Source of the DNA: Elusimicrobiota bacterium
Lineage (GTDB): Bacteria > Elusimicrobiota > Elusimicrobia > F11
Length of the DNA: 64,000 nucleotides
NCBI GenBank assembly: GCA_044221725.1
Contig: JBGAON010000001.1
Coordinates: 512,001 to 576,000 of the forward strand
Direction: 5' to 3'
Below are positions 51,658-62,250 of this stretch, piece by piece. The notes below the pieces were generated by a model. It was not told where the DNA came from. It worked only from the letters and a program-made list of their open reading frames with translations, and searched no databases. The first letter of the stretch is position 1. Every line of letters starts with the position of its first letter. A program made the position numbers and the translations under genes.

Positions 51658-52197
51658 ATGAAAACCCACCTCTGCCTAACACTGGCGTTGGCATTTTGTC
51701 TTGGATGCATGCCAAAGAAAATGATGCTCAATACCACGATGAGTCCCGAATTGTCGCTGCCGGATCGCCCGCGTATTGCTGTTCTTCCTATGGAGTTGGC
51801 CGGTTACGCCGACGAAGATTTGACGGTTGTTCGGCAGAATTGGCGCAACATGGTGGAGTCGGGTTTCCTTGAAAACACGTTTCGGGTCGTGGACCGAGAT
51901 GTTGTCGACAACATTCTGCGTGAGCAACATTTCCAGAAATCGGGTGTTGTCAGCAGCGCCACCTCGGTTGAAGTCGGAAAAATTTTGGGTATTAATTTGG
52001 TCTTGACCGGAACCGTGCGCGTCATGGCGTCGGATGGCAGCAAGTTTCATGTGGAACTTCGCATTATCAACGTGCAGAGCGCCGAACTCATGGCAACCAC
52101 GTTCGCGACTGGCGGACCCAGTGTTGGCTACCAGGCGGCGTACGATCTTGCGAAGAAGCTAAAAGCGCATTTCGAGCCGACGCAAAAGGCCACATGA
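51658..52197 (+). CDS. CsgG/HfaB-like lipoprotein
   Basis: Lipobox CLGC; RIAVLP, FRVVDR..VDNILREQ, VGKILGINLVLTGTV. Confidence 0.75.
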   Translation: MKTHLCLTLALAFCLGCMPKKMMLNTTMSPELSLPDRPRIAVLPMELAGYADEDLTVVRQNWRNMVESGFLENTFRVVDRDVVDNILREQHFQKSGVVSSATSVEVGKILGINLVLTGTVRVMASDGSKFHVELRIINVQSAELMATTFATGGPSVGYQAAYDLAKKLKAHFEPTQKAT

Positions 52198-55100
52198 AGA
52201 AATTTTTTTTTACGTTTCCTGTCTTGTTGGTCTTCTCCCGAATCTTCATGCGGTAGATATTTCGGGGCACATTCGTGACCTCGACGGTAATCCCCTCGCA
52301 AATGTTTTCCTTGTCTTAAGCGGCACATTCTCGTCGACGACGGCCACCGATGCGGCGGGGGCTTATTCATTTTTGGGCCTCGCCGCGAACGGCAATTTCC
52401 TCGTTGTCCCAACATTGGCCAACTACGCGTTCACTCCGTTGGTTCGTTCCTACACCGATGTCACGTCCGATCAAGCCAACCAAGACTTCACGTTCGGAAA
52501 ACTGTGGACCGGTGGAGGGTCCGATGCGTTGGCGTCAAATCCGAACAATTGGTCGGGGCTGACGGTGCCGGTCAGCAGCGACGTGGTTCGTTTCGACGTG
52601 ACAAATTCAACGAAGGGTTGCGTGTGGGACCTCACAACGCAAATGAGTTCGTTCGAAATGAAAGTGGGATTTTCCAGCAGTGTCGTGGCCGTGAGCGACA
52701 TGATTGTGGGCACTGTCACGATTGAGGCCGGAGAATTCCTGATGGGCTCGCACGAGGTGCAAGTTTTTAGAAATTGGAATCACTCCGGCGGCCGCTTCCG
52801 AGCCACGACCGGAGGCACCGTGCGGTGGATGGGCTCGACGCTGCAGACGGTTACCATGGTCAAAACAAGTTTGGGGTCCGGACTTTTCGATAGCTACTTT
52901 GAACATTTTCGCGTGCAGTCCTCGAGTACCGTGCGCGCGGTGTCCGACCTTGTTCTCGATGGGACGTTCAATATCAGCACCGGTCGTTTCGAAGCGATGA
53001 GGTCCACTCACACATTGACGGGCGGAACCCAAACCGGAGCGGGGGGGACTTTCAATTGGGATGATTCGTTTGGAACGTTTGTCGCGGGGTCGGGCCAAAT
53101 CGATTTTGCCAGTGAAATTGGTGGGATTTACCAGATTCGCCAGGGCGGATCGACATCGTTCAACAATGTTTCTGGTTCCGGTGCCACCGGCGTGACCGCC
53201 GTGACGAACTTATCAATTGCAGGAAACTTATCTCTCGGTGGCACCGCAAGCACCGTGCACATGAACGGCGGAAATGGCTTTGCCCTTTCGGTTGCGGGCA
53301 CGACGTCCATTGGCCCCGCCTCCACATCGGGGTCGCCAACATTTTCAATCGGAACAAGCAGCGTGACGTTTCTGGGGCCGGTCGTTGTGGGCACAGCCGT
53401 GTTCGCTGTGCAAGGCGGGCAAGTGAATGTGCAAGGCGGAACATTCACTCTGACGGCACAGGGACAATTTCAAGTTCCAGCCTTGGCCACGAGCCGCATG
53501 GTTCTTTCGAGCAACTCTCTGTTTCGATCAAATGCCGGAACACTGCTCATCCAAGGGTCCGCGGTCTTCACGAGCTCGGCTCCCGGCGTCACGCGCTACG
53601 CGGTCGACATGAATGGCACGGTGAACATTCAAAACTCCGCGGTTTTTTCATCAATGGACGCAAACGGATTTCGGATGCGCTCAAATTCGAATCCGGTCAA
53701 TCTCAAAGGCTTGGATTTCCGAGACGGAATTGCCGGTGGGGCCGGGCTTAACTTTGATCCGGTCACGTTGACGAACGTAACGGTCGATTCCCCGATCTTC
53801 GACGTGTCCATTAGCACAAATATCCGCGCGATATTGGACACGCTCGTCGTGCCAACGTCCGATATCGATGTGATCGATTCGACCGGCGCCCACACGGGAC
53901 CTTCCTTTGAAAACGACCCGAGCGGCATTGTGAATTGGGGGACGATTGGTACGCCATCGAATTTTTCCGGTTTATCGCTGGGCGTCTCGAGCATCACGTG
54001 GTCGTGGACAAAAGTGAATCACCCAACCGGATTTATTGTCGAATCTTCGACGGGCGGCGCGCTGTCGTCCCAATTAAATCAAGCCGCGACATCGTGGATC
54101 GAAGTGGGGTTATCAACGAACTCCGTCTACACGCGGCTTGTGCGTGCTGTGACCGACGTCGGCCAAGCGGATTCTGCGACGGCGTCTCGTTATACCGATG
54201 CCACGTCGGCCTCGAATCTTGGTTTCACTGACGTGGCCGTCACCTCCCTTACAGTAACCTGGGCGCTCAACACAAATCCGGTCGGCACCACATTTGTACT
54301 GGAGCGGTCCACCAACGATGCGGTGTACGTTTCGCTGGCCACGAACACGCTCGCGGCGCTTGTCCCTTATGCGGACACCGGCCTCACGCCCGACAAACTG
54401 TATTACTACCGAGTGAAAGCGGTGAACGGTGACGGGAAGATCGTTTCGACGATCGTCAAAGTTAGCACGCAGACGTTGCCGATCCCCCCGCCGTCTGTTT
54501 TCACAATTGCTCCGTCCACCGTCAACAACTTGGGTGTGAAAAGTTTTTCTCTTACAGGTGCGAACATCCAAGCCGGCGCCGTTGCGCGCCTAAAGCGTAG
54601 CTCTACGATTGTTATCCCCGCGCTTACGTCGAATGTTGTGAGTCAGAGCGCCATGACGGCGTCGTTTGATCTCACCGGCGCTTGGGCTCTCCCATGGGAC
54701 GTTGAAATAGAAAATACCGACGGTCGGTACTCCATTACGAGTGGTTTCAACCTGCTCACCGTGCAAGACGCGACGTCCACGGGGGCCGTCACAATTAGAA
54801 ATTACACGGCGTCCGTGTCCCTCAATTTTGCGACGGGTGGAGGAGAGACCTCCGTGTTTTTTCCGGCCAATGCCATTCCGTCGGACGCCCGGATCTACGT
54901 ATCGGTTGACCCGGTCGGAACACCGCTCAAAGTCGATCCGGCAACCATCGCGAGTGCCGCGGGAACGCTCGCCGGGCTAACGCTTGTGCCAAACACAATT
55001 CGCGAGTTTGCGGCGTACACATCCCAAGGTACTTACACCGCAAGTTTTGGTGGTGCACCGTCGATCGCAATAAACTATCCCGACACCAATTCGGACGGCA

Positions 55101-55564
55101 TCATTGATTCGCTGTCTTTCCGAGCCGCAAATCTTCATCTCGCAACTCTGAACGAAACCAGCCAAACGTGGCAATTGGTCCAAGGCGCGCGCATTGATAC
55201 CGCTAACAAGCGCGTCACAAGCACCGTTAATCATTTCTCGGTTTACGCCTTGTTCGCATCGCCGGCGTCGGCATCGCTTGCCGAAGCCAAGGTTTATCCG
55301 AGCCCTTGGAAAATTGGGTCGTCGACACGGTTTGACGCGGCCTCGTTAATGATCACCAATCTGACCGAGTCCGGCACGATTCGCATTTACACGCTCGGCA
55401 TGCATCTTGTGAAGGAATTGACGTACGGAATTTCCGACGCGGGATCGCTAAGCTGGGATGGACGGAGTTCCGAGGGAGAACAAGTAAAAAGCGGCGTCTA
55501 TTTGATCAACATCGAGAGTTCCTCCGGCGAAAGCAAAACCATCAAACTGGGAATTGAGCGATGA
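52194..55564 (+). CDS. Large secreted adhesin-like protein with T9SS type-A-like CTD (cargo 3); frameshifted at the T9 tract 52203-52211
   Basis: The ATG 52194 frame stops after 20 codons; the -1 frame continues YVSCLVGLLPNLHA-VDISG into ORF 52373-55564 (beta-rich repeats, FN3, IPT, VYPSPW...WDGR..GVY..KLGIER). Confidence 0.8.
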
Positions 55565-57975
55565 GAAGCAAATCGCGGCGGAAAATTTCCGTTTTCGTTT
55601 TTCAGTTTTTGTTGTTGCTTCATGCGATGGCGGACGACGCCGTTCTGACGCTTCCTGGAGAAGCGAAAGGCGCTGCGCTCGGTGAGGCGTACAGCGCCGC
55701 CGCTTCCGGGGCGGACGGCCTCTGGTACAACCCGGCCACGCTGTCGCGATCGGATGTTCCAACCGTTTCCGTCATGCACACAACCTACATCGAGCGCATC
55801 ACTTTCAATACGCTTGGCGCCGTTTACCCGTTTGGAAACAGAAACGCGGTTGGCGCCGGAATTTCCTATCTCAATGCCGGCTCGGTGCCGTCCTACGACA
55901 ACACGGGCGCTCCGGCATCGTCCTATTCGCCGAACGATCTGGTGGGGCGTGTCGGCGTATCAAAATCAATCGCCGGAACGAGTTTCGGGCTTTCCACCTT
56001 CTTTTTGCGATCCACGATCGCCGACTCGGCGGCGACGTTTGGATTCAATGCGGGGCTGCATCAAGTGTTGGGTCCTTTTTCTTTGGCGTTTGTGGCGGAA
56101 AATTACGGTGGCAAGTTGACGTACCAGTCCGTTGAGGAATCTTTGCCTTCACGGCTGCGCACGGGTTTTGCGGTGCGCCTGTTGCCCAGCCTTAATTGGA
56201 ATACCGATATCGTAAAGCCAACAGATGGTTCGCCGTGGCTCGGAACGGGCGCAGAGACAACGTTTGATGTGGGGCGATCGTTCGAAGTCGCACTTCGCGC
56301 TGGATTTAACACGCGTTCTCAAAACGACGTGAAGGGTCTGCATGGAATATCTGCGGGCGCCGGGTTCGGCTGGTCGGGATCATCGCTGAATTATGCGTGG
56401 ATTCCGTTTGGAGATCTCGGGCAGACGCACCGCCTATCCCTCGATATCGAGGTTGGGAACGTTTCTTCTCCGAGCGAGTATTCGAAACAGGAATTGCGTC
56501 AAAAGACGCTCATTAAACGTGAATCTGTCGCCTCTCCAACCGCGAAGGGTGCGCCGGTAAACGCGGCGGCGTTGCCCATTTATCCGTGGAAAACCAACAA
56601 AGGTATTTGGCGTTCGTCGAAGGAAAAATTGATGGATATTTTAGCGCGCGACGCGCTGTGCTCGCGCGTTGGCGCCCGAGCGCTTGTAACGAACACGCGT
56701 GGAACGGTGTCCTCTGCGTCGCAGAGAGATCTTTCAAAATGGACACGTATGTGGGCCGGAAAATATTTGTTTGAAGGAGACATGCTGCGAACATCGGAGC
56801 TCAGCTACGCGCAGATGGTGTACGCGAACGGCGTGAAAGCCGAGGTGCATCCGAATTCGCAAATCAAAATAAAAATAGACGTGGAAAGTTGTGACCGCGC
56901 CGTCACTTCGCTGGAGAAAGGGACATTGGCCGCCGTGTCAGAGGAAGGGCACGAACTGCGTGTTGAAACACCGCTCGGCGCGGCCACCGTAAAAAATGCG
57001 GAAGCGCAGGTGGGATTTGATGGGAAGCAAATGTCCGTGCGCATGAGGTCCGGTACCGGTGTGGTGTCCGCCGATGGCGTAGAGACGCCGATCAAGCCGC
57101 ATTCTGTTTTCACGAAGTCGTTCGATGGCAAGACGCAAATGACCGCTGATACATCGCCGGATCCTGTTATTAGCTCGCCGATCACCGTTCCCGAGAGTCG
57201 GCGCATTCCTGGACGTTGGGATGACGCATTTGCGAAAAAATTCAAATTTGAAGTGATGCGGTTGGATTCTATTCCGGGTCTCACCGTGAACGAGTATGTG
57301 CGAGATACAACGGTGCGCAAGGAATTAAGTCGGCAACTGTTAAATCAGGTCGACTTGCAGAAGGAATTGCGCAACCAAGAGGATGGGTATCAAAAAGATG
57401 TATCCGATTTTGAGGCGCTGGCCACTAACTTGAAAAAAACTGTATCGAACGAAGATCGCGCGGCCGCCAACGAGCGTCGCGCCAATCTCAAGAAGGCAAA
57501 CTTCGCGCTAAGCAACGCGCGAAAGTCGCTTCAGTCCATTCATGACGAACTCGTCCGCTCGTTACGCGTGATGAGAAAGAACCAAGAATTTCTGGCGACG
57601 ATTCCGATTGTGCGCATGTTGAACATAACGGCTCAAGAATCAACCATTCCGTTCGCGACCGGCCGGGCCATGGTGCCCGAAGAATCAACGGCGACACTCG
57701 ACATGATTGCCGACTCCATCACGCAAATGAAACCGTTCCGAATTGTGGTTCAAGGTCACACGGATCGCACAGGTTCCGATGCCGCGAATCGACGTTTATC
57801 GAAACAACGCGCGGATGCGGTCGCTCTGTATTTGAGAAGGAAAACAGGATTCCCTGGCCGCCAGTTCACCACGCAAGGGAAAGGATCGGCAATGCCGCTC
57901 GTGGTGGAAGACACACCCGAGGCGATGGCAAAAAACCGCCGGGTCGAGATTTGGTTTGAGCTTAGGGGACTTTAA
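55561..57975 (+). CDS. PorV/FadL-like barrel fused to FecR-like domain, coiled coil and OmpA-type peptidoglycan-binding domain (barrel 3)
   Basis: ALGEAYSA...WYNPA; NYAWIPFGDLGQTHR; GDMLRT...VETPLG; QGHTD..G...NRRLSKQRA, KNRRVEI. Confidence 0.82.
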   Translation: MRSKSRRKISVFVFQFLLLLHAMADDAVLTLPGEAKGAALGEAYSAAASGADGLWYNPATLSRSDVPTVSVMHTTYIERITFNTLGAVYPFGNRNAVGAGISYLNAGSVPSYDNTGAPASSYSPNDLVGRVGVSKSIAGTSFGLSTFFLRSTIADSAATFGFNAGLHQVLGPFSLAFVAENYGGKLTYQSVEESLPSRLRTGFAVRLLPSLNWNTDIVKPTDGSPWLGTGAETTFDVGRSFEVALRAGFNTRSQNDVKGLHGISAGAGFGWSGSSLNYAWIPFGDLGQTHRLSLDIEVGNVSSPSEYSKQELRQKTLIKRESVASPTAKGAPVNAAALPIYPWKTNKGIWRSSKEKLMDILARDALCSRVGARALVTNTRGTVSSASQRDLSKWTRMWAGKYLFEGDMLRTSELSYAQMVYANGVKAEVHPNSQIKIKIDVESCDRAVTSLEKGTLAAVSEEGHELRVETPLGAATVKNAEAQVGFDGKQMSVRMRSGTGVVSADGVETPIKPHSVFTKSFDGKTQMTADTSPDPVISSPITVPESRRIPGRWDDAFAKKFKFEVMRLDSIPGLTVNEYVRDTTVRKELSRQLLNQVDLQKELRNQEDGYQKDVSDFEALATNLKKTVSNEDRAAANERRANLKKANFALSNARKSLQSIHDELVRSLRVMRKNQEFLATIPIVRMLNITAQESTIPFATGRAMVPEESTATLDMIADSITQMKPFRIVVQGHTDRTGSDAANRRLSKQRADAVALYLRRKTGFPGRQFTTQGKGSAMPLVVEDTPEAMAKNRRVEIWFELRGL

Positions 57976-57981
57976 TTTCTT

Positions 57982-58752
57982 TTAGAAGTTGAAGGCGAGA
58001 TAAAAAATAGAAGGATTCCATTTAAAATCGCGAAAAATATCGGCCTTCTGAAACTGCGGAAACCGGGCGAGTTTGTAACCCAGTTCGAGATCAAACGATT
58101 TTATCGTAAACAAGAAACTCGCCGATCCTTCCCATGTGGCATCAAACCAGTTCTTGTCGGCATTGCCACTAGCGAACGAAAATTGGGAGATGGTGAGTGT
58201 CTGCCGTGTACCAATGTGGCCCGAGGCACCTCCCACGCCGCCACCGATGCGAAGCGCCATTTTCGTTGTCAGCGGCACTTTCCGATACGCTTCAACCATC
58301 AATCGGATAAAACGCGTTTGAAAATTTCCGTTAAGGCCAAACAAATTGGAGCTGCCGGGCGCCGGTTGAATTGAATACGTAAGACTTGGGCCTTCAATGT
58401 ATCCGATGCTGGCTCCGTATTGCCAGAGTGACTTGTCGCCGTAGGGAAACAGAGCGCCAAGTCGAAATCCATACGGTTGCGGGGCATTGTGAGAGGTGGA
58501 ATACCCAAACGGTTGCAGACTATCAACATCCTTGGCCCACTCGTCCGCCGCTCCGCTCAACGTCAGGTATTCGAAATTCGTAAGAAACGTGACGCCATTT
58601 TTTTCTTTTCCCGTGCCTCCCGAATTTATGATGCGATCCCGATCTTTTATTTTGTCATGACCGAGTGTCTTCGCGTAAAGGAAGGAGGGGGCGCCGTGCG
58701 AACAGGCGAACAAGCAAACAAGGGCAACAAAAGTCCGGTGTGATTTTCGCAT
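57982..58752 (-). CDS. Putative small outer-membrane beta-barrel protein
   Basis: Signal peptide, amphipathic strands, C-terminal FYLAFNF beta-signal. Confidence 0.65.
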   Translation of the reverse strand: MRKSHRTFVALVCLFACSHGAPSFLYAKTLGHDKIKDRDRIINSGGTGKEKNGVTFLTNFEYLTLSGAADEWAKDVDSLQPFGYSTSHNAPQPYGFRLGALFPYGDKSLWQYGASIGYIEGPSLTYSIQPAPGSSNLFGLNGNFQTRFIRLMVEAYRKVPLTTKMALRIGGGVGGASGHIGTRQTLTISQFSFASGNADKNWFDATWEGSASFLFTIKSFDLELGYKLARFPQFQKADIFRDFKWNPSIFYLAFNF

Positions 58753-58789
58753 GACCAAGTATGGTCACGCTTCTCAGAACTCACCAGTC

Positions 58790-59521
58790 CTAATCGTATT
58801 TTTCGTAGTGGATTTGTTCTTTTGGTACGCCGAGCGACAAAAGCTTGTCTTGCACGTCGTTGATCATTTTCGACAAACCACAGATGTAAAAATCCTTGCT
58901 CTTCGGATCGGGAACAAATTCGGCGATTTTTTCTTGAACGTAGCCTTTGCTCCCTTTCCATTGGTCCGATGGACGGCTCAAAGTAAAAAACACCTTAAAG
59001 GTCGGATTTTGTTTCGCGAGTTCTTCCCAGTCTTTCTGGTAGATAATGTCGTCATCAAACCGGTTGCCGAACAACAGGTACATTTTGCGTGAGGTCTTTC
59101 GATGAATCTCGTCGTAAATCATGCTGCGCATCGGCGCGATTCCGGAGCCGGTCGCAATGTAAACCACATCGCGTGGCAGTGGCTCGGGTTGTGTGAATTT
59201 TCCAAGCGGCCCCATCGCGGTCACTTTGTCGCCGACCTTAAGGTGATGCAAGAACGTGGACGATTTCCCGCCTTCGACGTGCGTCACGCAGAGTTCAAAA
59301 TAATCCGGATGTTGCGGCGAGGACGCGATCGAATACGACGTGCGGCGCGGTTTGTCGGGTTGGGGAACAAAGATCTGCACGAATTGACCGGCTTTGAAAT
59401 GCATCTCTTTGCCCTTGGGTAATTGGAAACGCAAATGGATGTTCCGCGGCGTCACGATTTTTGATTCAACAACGGTGGTTTCGTAAGTGTCGAATGCTCG
59501 TGCGTGTGTTTCTTCAGTCAC
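58790..59521 (-). CDS. FAD/NAD(P)-binding oxidoreductase (ferredoxin-NADP reductase family)
   Basis: FKAGQF, SYSIAS, GPLGKF, ATGSGIAP, YICG. Confidence 0.92.
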   Translation of the reverse strand: MTEETHARAFDTYETTVVESKIVTPRNIHLRFQLPKGKEMHFKAGQFVQIFVPQPDKPRRTSYSIASSPQHPDYFELCVTHVEGGKSSTFLHHLKVGDKVTAMGPLGKFTQPEPLPRDVVYIATGSGIAPMRSMIYDEIHRKTSRKMYLLFGNRFDDDIIYQKDWEELAKQNPTFKVFFTLSRPSDQWKGSKGYVQEKIAEFVPDPKSKDFYICGLSKMINDVQDKLLSLGVPKEQIHYEKYD

Positions 59522-59563
59522 AATTTCCTCCGAAATAGTTTTTCAATTTCTATCATAAAACAA

Positions 59564-60823
59564 ATGTCGCAACGGAAAGCTCTCGGATTAATTCTACCGC
59601 TGATTTGTTGCGCGGCAATGCTTTTTGCAAAGGAGTCTCCGCTCACCGAAAGCGAACGTGCCGCCGTTGCTACCGCGAAGCGGTTTATCTACTTAATCGA
59701 CCATCCCGACAAAAAGGTTCCCAATCCGCGGAGGCGTTTGCGAGAAATGATGCCGCTGCCTCTCGTCACGGTGTCGGCACTCTCAAGCGACGAGCGCCGA
59801 AGCGTGATGGCGTTCGCGAGCGGGTCCTTGCAAAAGTTTTCGTCCTCCGTTTATGCGAGCGCGCGCGATTTCGATGCGGCCACCGCCAATCTCGCTCTGG
59901 ATGCGGGTTCGACGTTCCACTCGTCGCTCATCAGCGAAGGATTCAATCGGCTCGGTAACCTCGGCTCCAATGTTCGGATAAACAAACAAGAAGTGGAGTT
60001 AATTGACGCCAAAGACCGGTTGAACGACGTGTTGCATCTTTGGGGCCTGCATCTCGTGTTGGACGTCGAAAAATTAAACACAGGCCGATTGAACTTGTCA
60101 GCGTACACCATTGAAAAGAAACACGGTTACGACGTGCTTGGAAGCACCTTCGTGATGTATGAGGTGCAACCGATAGTGGAGAACGAATTCCATCCGGCCC
60201 TCGGTCATGCTGAAGTTGAGCAGGGGTATTTGCTGTTGTTTGGTCAAACTGTTGACTCCGAAGTGGCAATGGCCACGCGGTATCTGGAAACCGAATCGGT
60301 AAGTTTCTTAGCTCCGGGTGTGAGTTTCAGCTCGGGCACGGTGCGCGCGCTTGATGCGCTCACGCGTGACGCGATTGCTGATACAAAAGATTTGCGCGCG
60401 CGATTTATCGACACGGTCGGCCATCACGAAGGATTTCACAAATACATAGAGCCCACACTGGCGATGGCCGTGAAACGCGGATTTCTAACGGAAACCGAAA
60501 AAATGGCTTGGCACGAAACCGGAGCGTATCTCTATCAACTCGAAAGCTCAGACGAGCGGTTCACGCTGATTGATCTCATGGTAATCTTGGCCACTGCCCG
60601 CAGCGATAATAAAGGGTTTTACGCGAACAAGCAGGGCGCGCGGCAAATGTTTGCGGCGTTGCAAAGGCAAATGATGGGCGTTCGGTTCGTGGGCGTTGCG
60701 AACAATTTTAGCGAGCCCGGGTTGATCGATCTGTTCACAAAATCGTCGGCGGAGATCAAACAAGCGGCGTTTGCTGCGCGACAGCATTATGAAATCGAAA
60801 TGAGAAACGGTTTGAAAGAATAA
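59564..60823 (+). CDS. Exported hypothetical protein with HExxH motif
   Basis: Signal peptide; HHEGFH...WHETGAYL. Confidence 0.6.
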   Translation: MSQRKALGLILPLICCAAMLFAKESPLTESERAAVATAKRFIYLIDHPDKKVPNPRRRLREMMPLPLVTVSALSSDERRSVMAFASGSLQKFSSSVYASARDFDAATANLALDAGSTFHSSLISEGFNRLGNLGSNVRINKQEVELIDAKDRLNDVLHLWGLHLVLDVEKLNTGRLNLSAYTIEKKHGYDVLGSTFVMYEVQPIVENEFHPALGHAEVEQGYLLLFGQTVDSEVAMATRYLETESVSFLAPGVSFSSGTVRALDALTRDAIADTKDLRARFIDTVGHHEGFHKYIEPTLAMAVKRGFLTETEKMAWHETGAYLYQLESSDERFTLIDLMVILATARSDNKGFYANKQGARQMFAALQRQMMGVRFVGVANNFSEPGLIDLFTKSSAEIKQAAFAARQHYEIEMRNGLKE

Positions 60824-60834
60824 AAGGGGGGAAT

Positions 60835-62250
60835 GTGAAGAAGGCATTTTTTATCGTTTTTGGTTTGCTCTCAGTTTCCATCGAAGCTGCGGCCGTTGAT
60901 GTCACGGTTTACAACCAGGATCTCGGCCTCATTAAAGAGACTCGTAAGTTCAAGCTCGCCAACGGAATTACCGATGTAACGGTTGCGGATGTGCCGTCAC
61001 AAATTGATGCCACGAGCGTGCATTTTAAATCGCTGTCCGATCCGGATGCCGTGGCCGTCATCGAGCAAAATTTTCAGTACGACCTAATTAACCAGGAAAA
61101 ATTGCTTGATCGTTACTTGGGCAAAGAAGTGGAGCTGGAGCGTTTCTCTGGTCCGAATGGCGAAAAAAAGGAAACTATCAAAGGCATTGTGCTGACCAGC
61201 AACGGCAACCGCGTGATTCAAGTCGGCAAGAAAATTTATTTGAACCCGCCCGGCAGTTTGGTGCTTCCAGAGTTGCCCGAAGGATTGTTAACGAGGCCAA
61301 CGTTGCTATGGAAAGTCTCGTCGAAAAAATCCGGGGAACAAAATTGCGAAATTAGTTATCTCACCTCCGGCATGAGTTGGAATGCTGACTATCTGCTCGT
61401 CACGTCGCCGAAAGACGACAAGCTGGATTTGAACGCATGGGTCACCATCCAAAACAATTCGGGGGCGTCGTTCGCTGATGCGAAGTTGAAACTTGTGGCC
61501 GGTGACGTAAATCGCGTCCCGGCGCCGTCGGCGCCGCGCGCGATGGGAATGAGGTACGAGATGGCGAAAGACATGGCGGCCGCGTCCCAGTTTCAGGAGA
61601 AAGGTTTTTTCGAATATCACTTGTACACGCTGCAACGGCCAACGACGCTGAAAAACAACGAGACGAAACAAATTGAGATGGCGTCGGCGTCGGACGTGCC
61701 GGTGAAGAAGTTGTTTATCTACGACGGTGCTCAAAACATTTATATGCAAGATTGGAACGAGTACACGCGCACCGACGCAAGTTACGGCACGCAGGGTCAA
61801 AAGAAAGTGTGGGTGATGCTCGAGTTTGTGAACTCAAAGGACAACAACCTAGGAATCCCATTGCCAAAAGGCCGCATCCGCGTTTATAAAAAGGATACGG
61901 ACGGCGCGCTGGAGTTTATTGGCGAGGATTCCATCGATCACACGCCGAAAGACGAAAAGGTTCGCGTGAAGATGGGAGATGCGTTCGATGTGGTGGGCGA
62001 ACGCACGCGAACCAATTTTCTATCAGACAAACGTTCGTTTCAGGAAACGTTTGAAATCAAGCTTCGCAACCACAAAGACGATGCAGCGACGGTTCGCGTA
62101 GTCGAGCATCTTTACCGCTGGAACAATTGGAAAGTTCTCGAGTCCTCTCAAAAATTCACAAAGAAAGACGCGCAGACCATCGAATTCGAAGTGCCCGTGC
62201 CAAAAGACGGTGAATCCGTTGTTGCCTACACCGTGAAGTATTCATGGTAA
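60835..62250 (+). CDS. DUF4139-domain exported protein
   Basis: VTVYNQDLGLIKETR, SYLTSGMSWNADY, LKLVAGDV, PLPKGRIRVY, FIGEDSIDHTP. Confidence 0.88.
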   Translation: MKKAFFIVFGLLSVSIEAAAVDVTVYNQDLGLIKETRKFKLANGITDVTVADVPSQIDATSVHFKSLSDPDAVAVIEQNFQYDLINQEKLLDRYLGKEVELERFSGPNGEKKETIKGIVLTSNGNRVIQVGKKIYLNPPGSLVLPELPEGLLTRPTLLWKVSSKKSGEQNCEISYLTSGMSWNADYLLVTSPKDDKLDLNAWVTIQNNSGASFADAKLKLVAGDVNRVPAPSAPRAMGMRYEMAKDMAAASQFQEKGFFEYHLYTLQRPTTLKNNETKQIEMASASDVPVKKLFIYDGAQNIYMQDWNEYTRTDASYGTQGQKKVWVMLEFVNSKDNNLGIPLPKGRIRVYKKDTDGALEFIGEDSIDHTPKDEKVRVKMGDAFDVVGERTRTNFLSDKRSFQETFEIKLRNHKDDAATVRVVEHLYRWNNWKVLESSQKFTKKDAQTIEFEVPVPKDGESVVAYTVKYSW

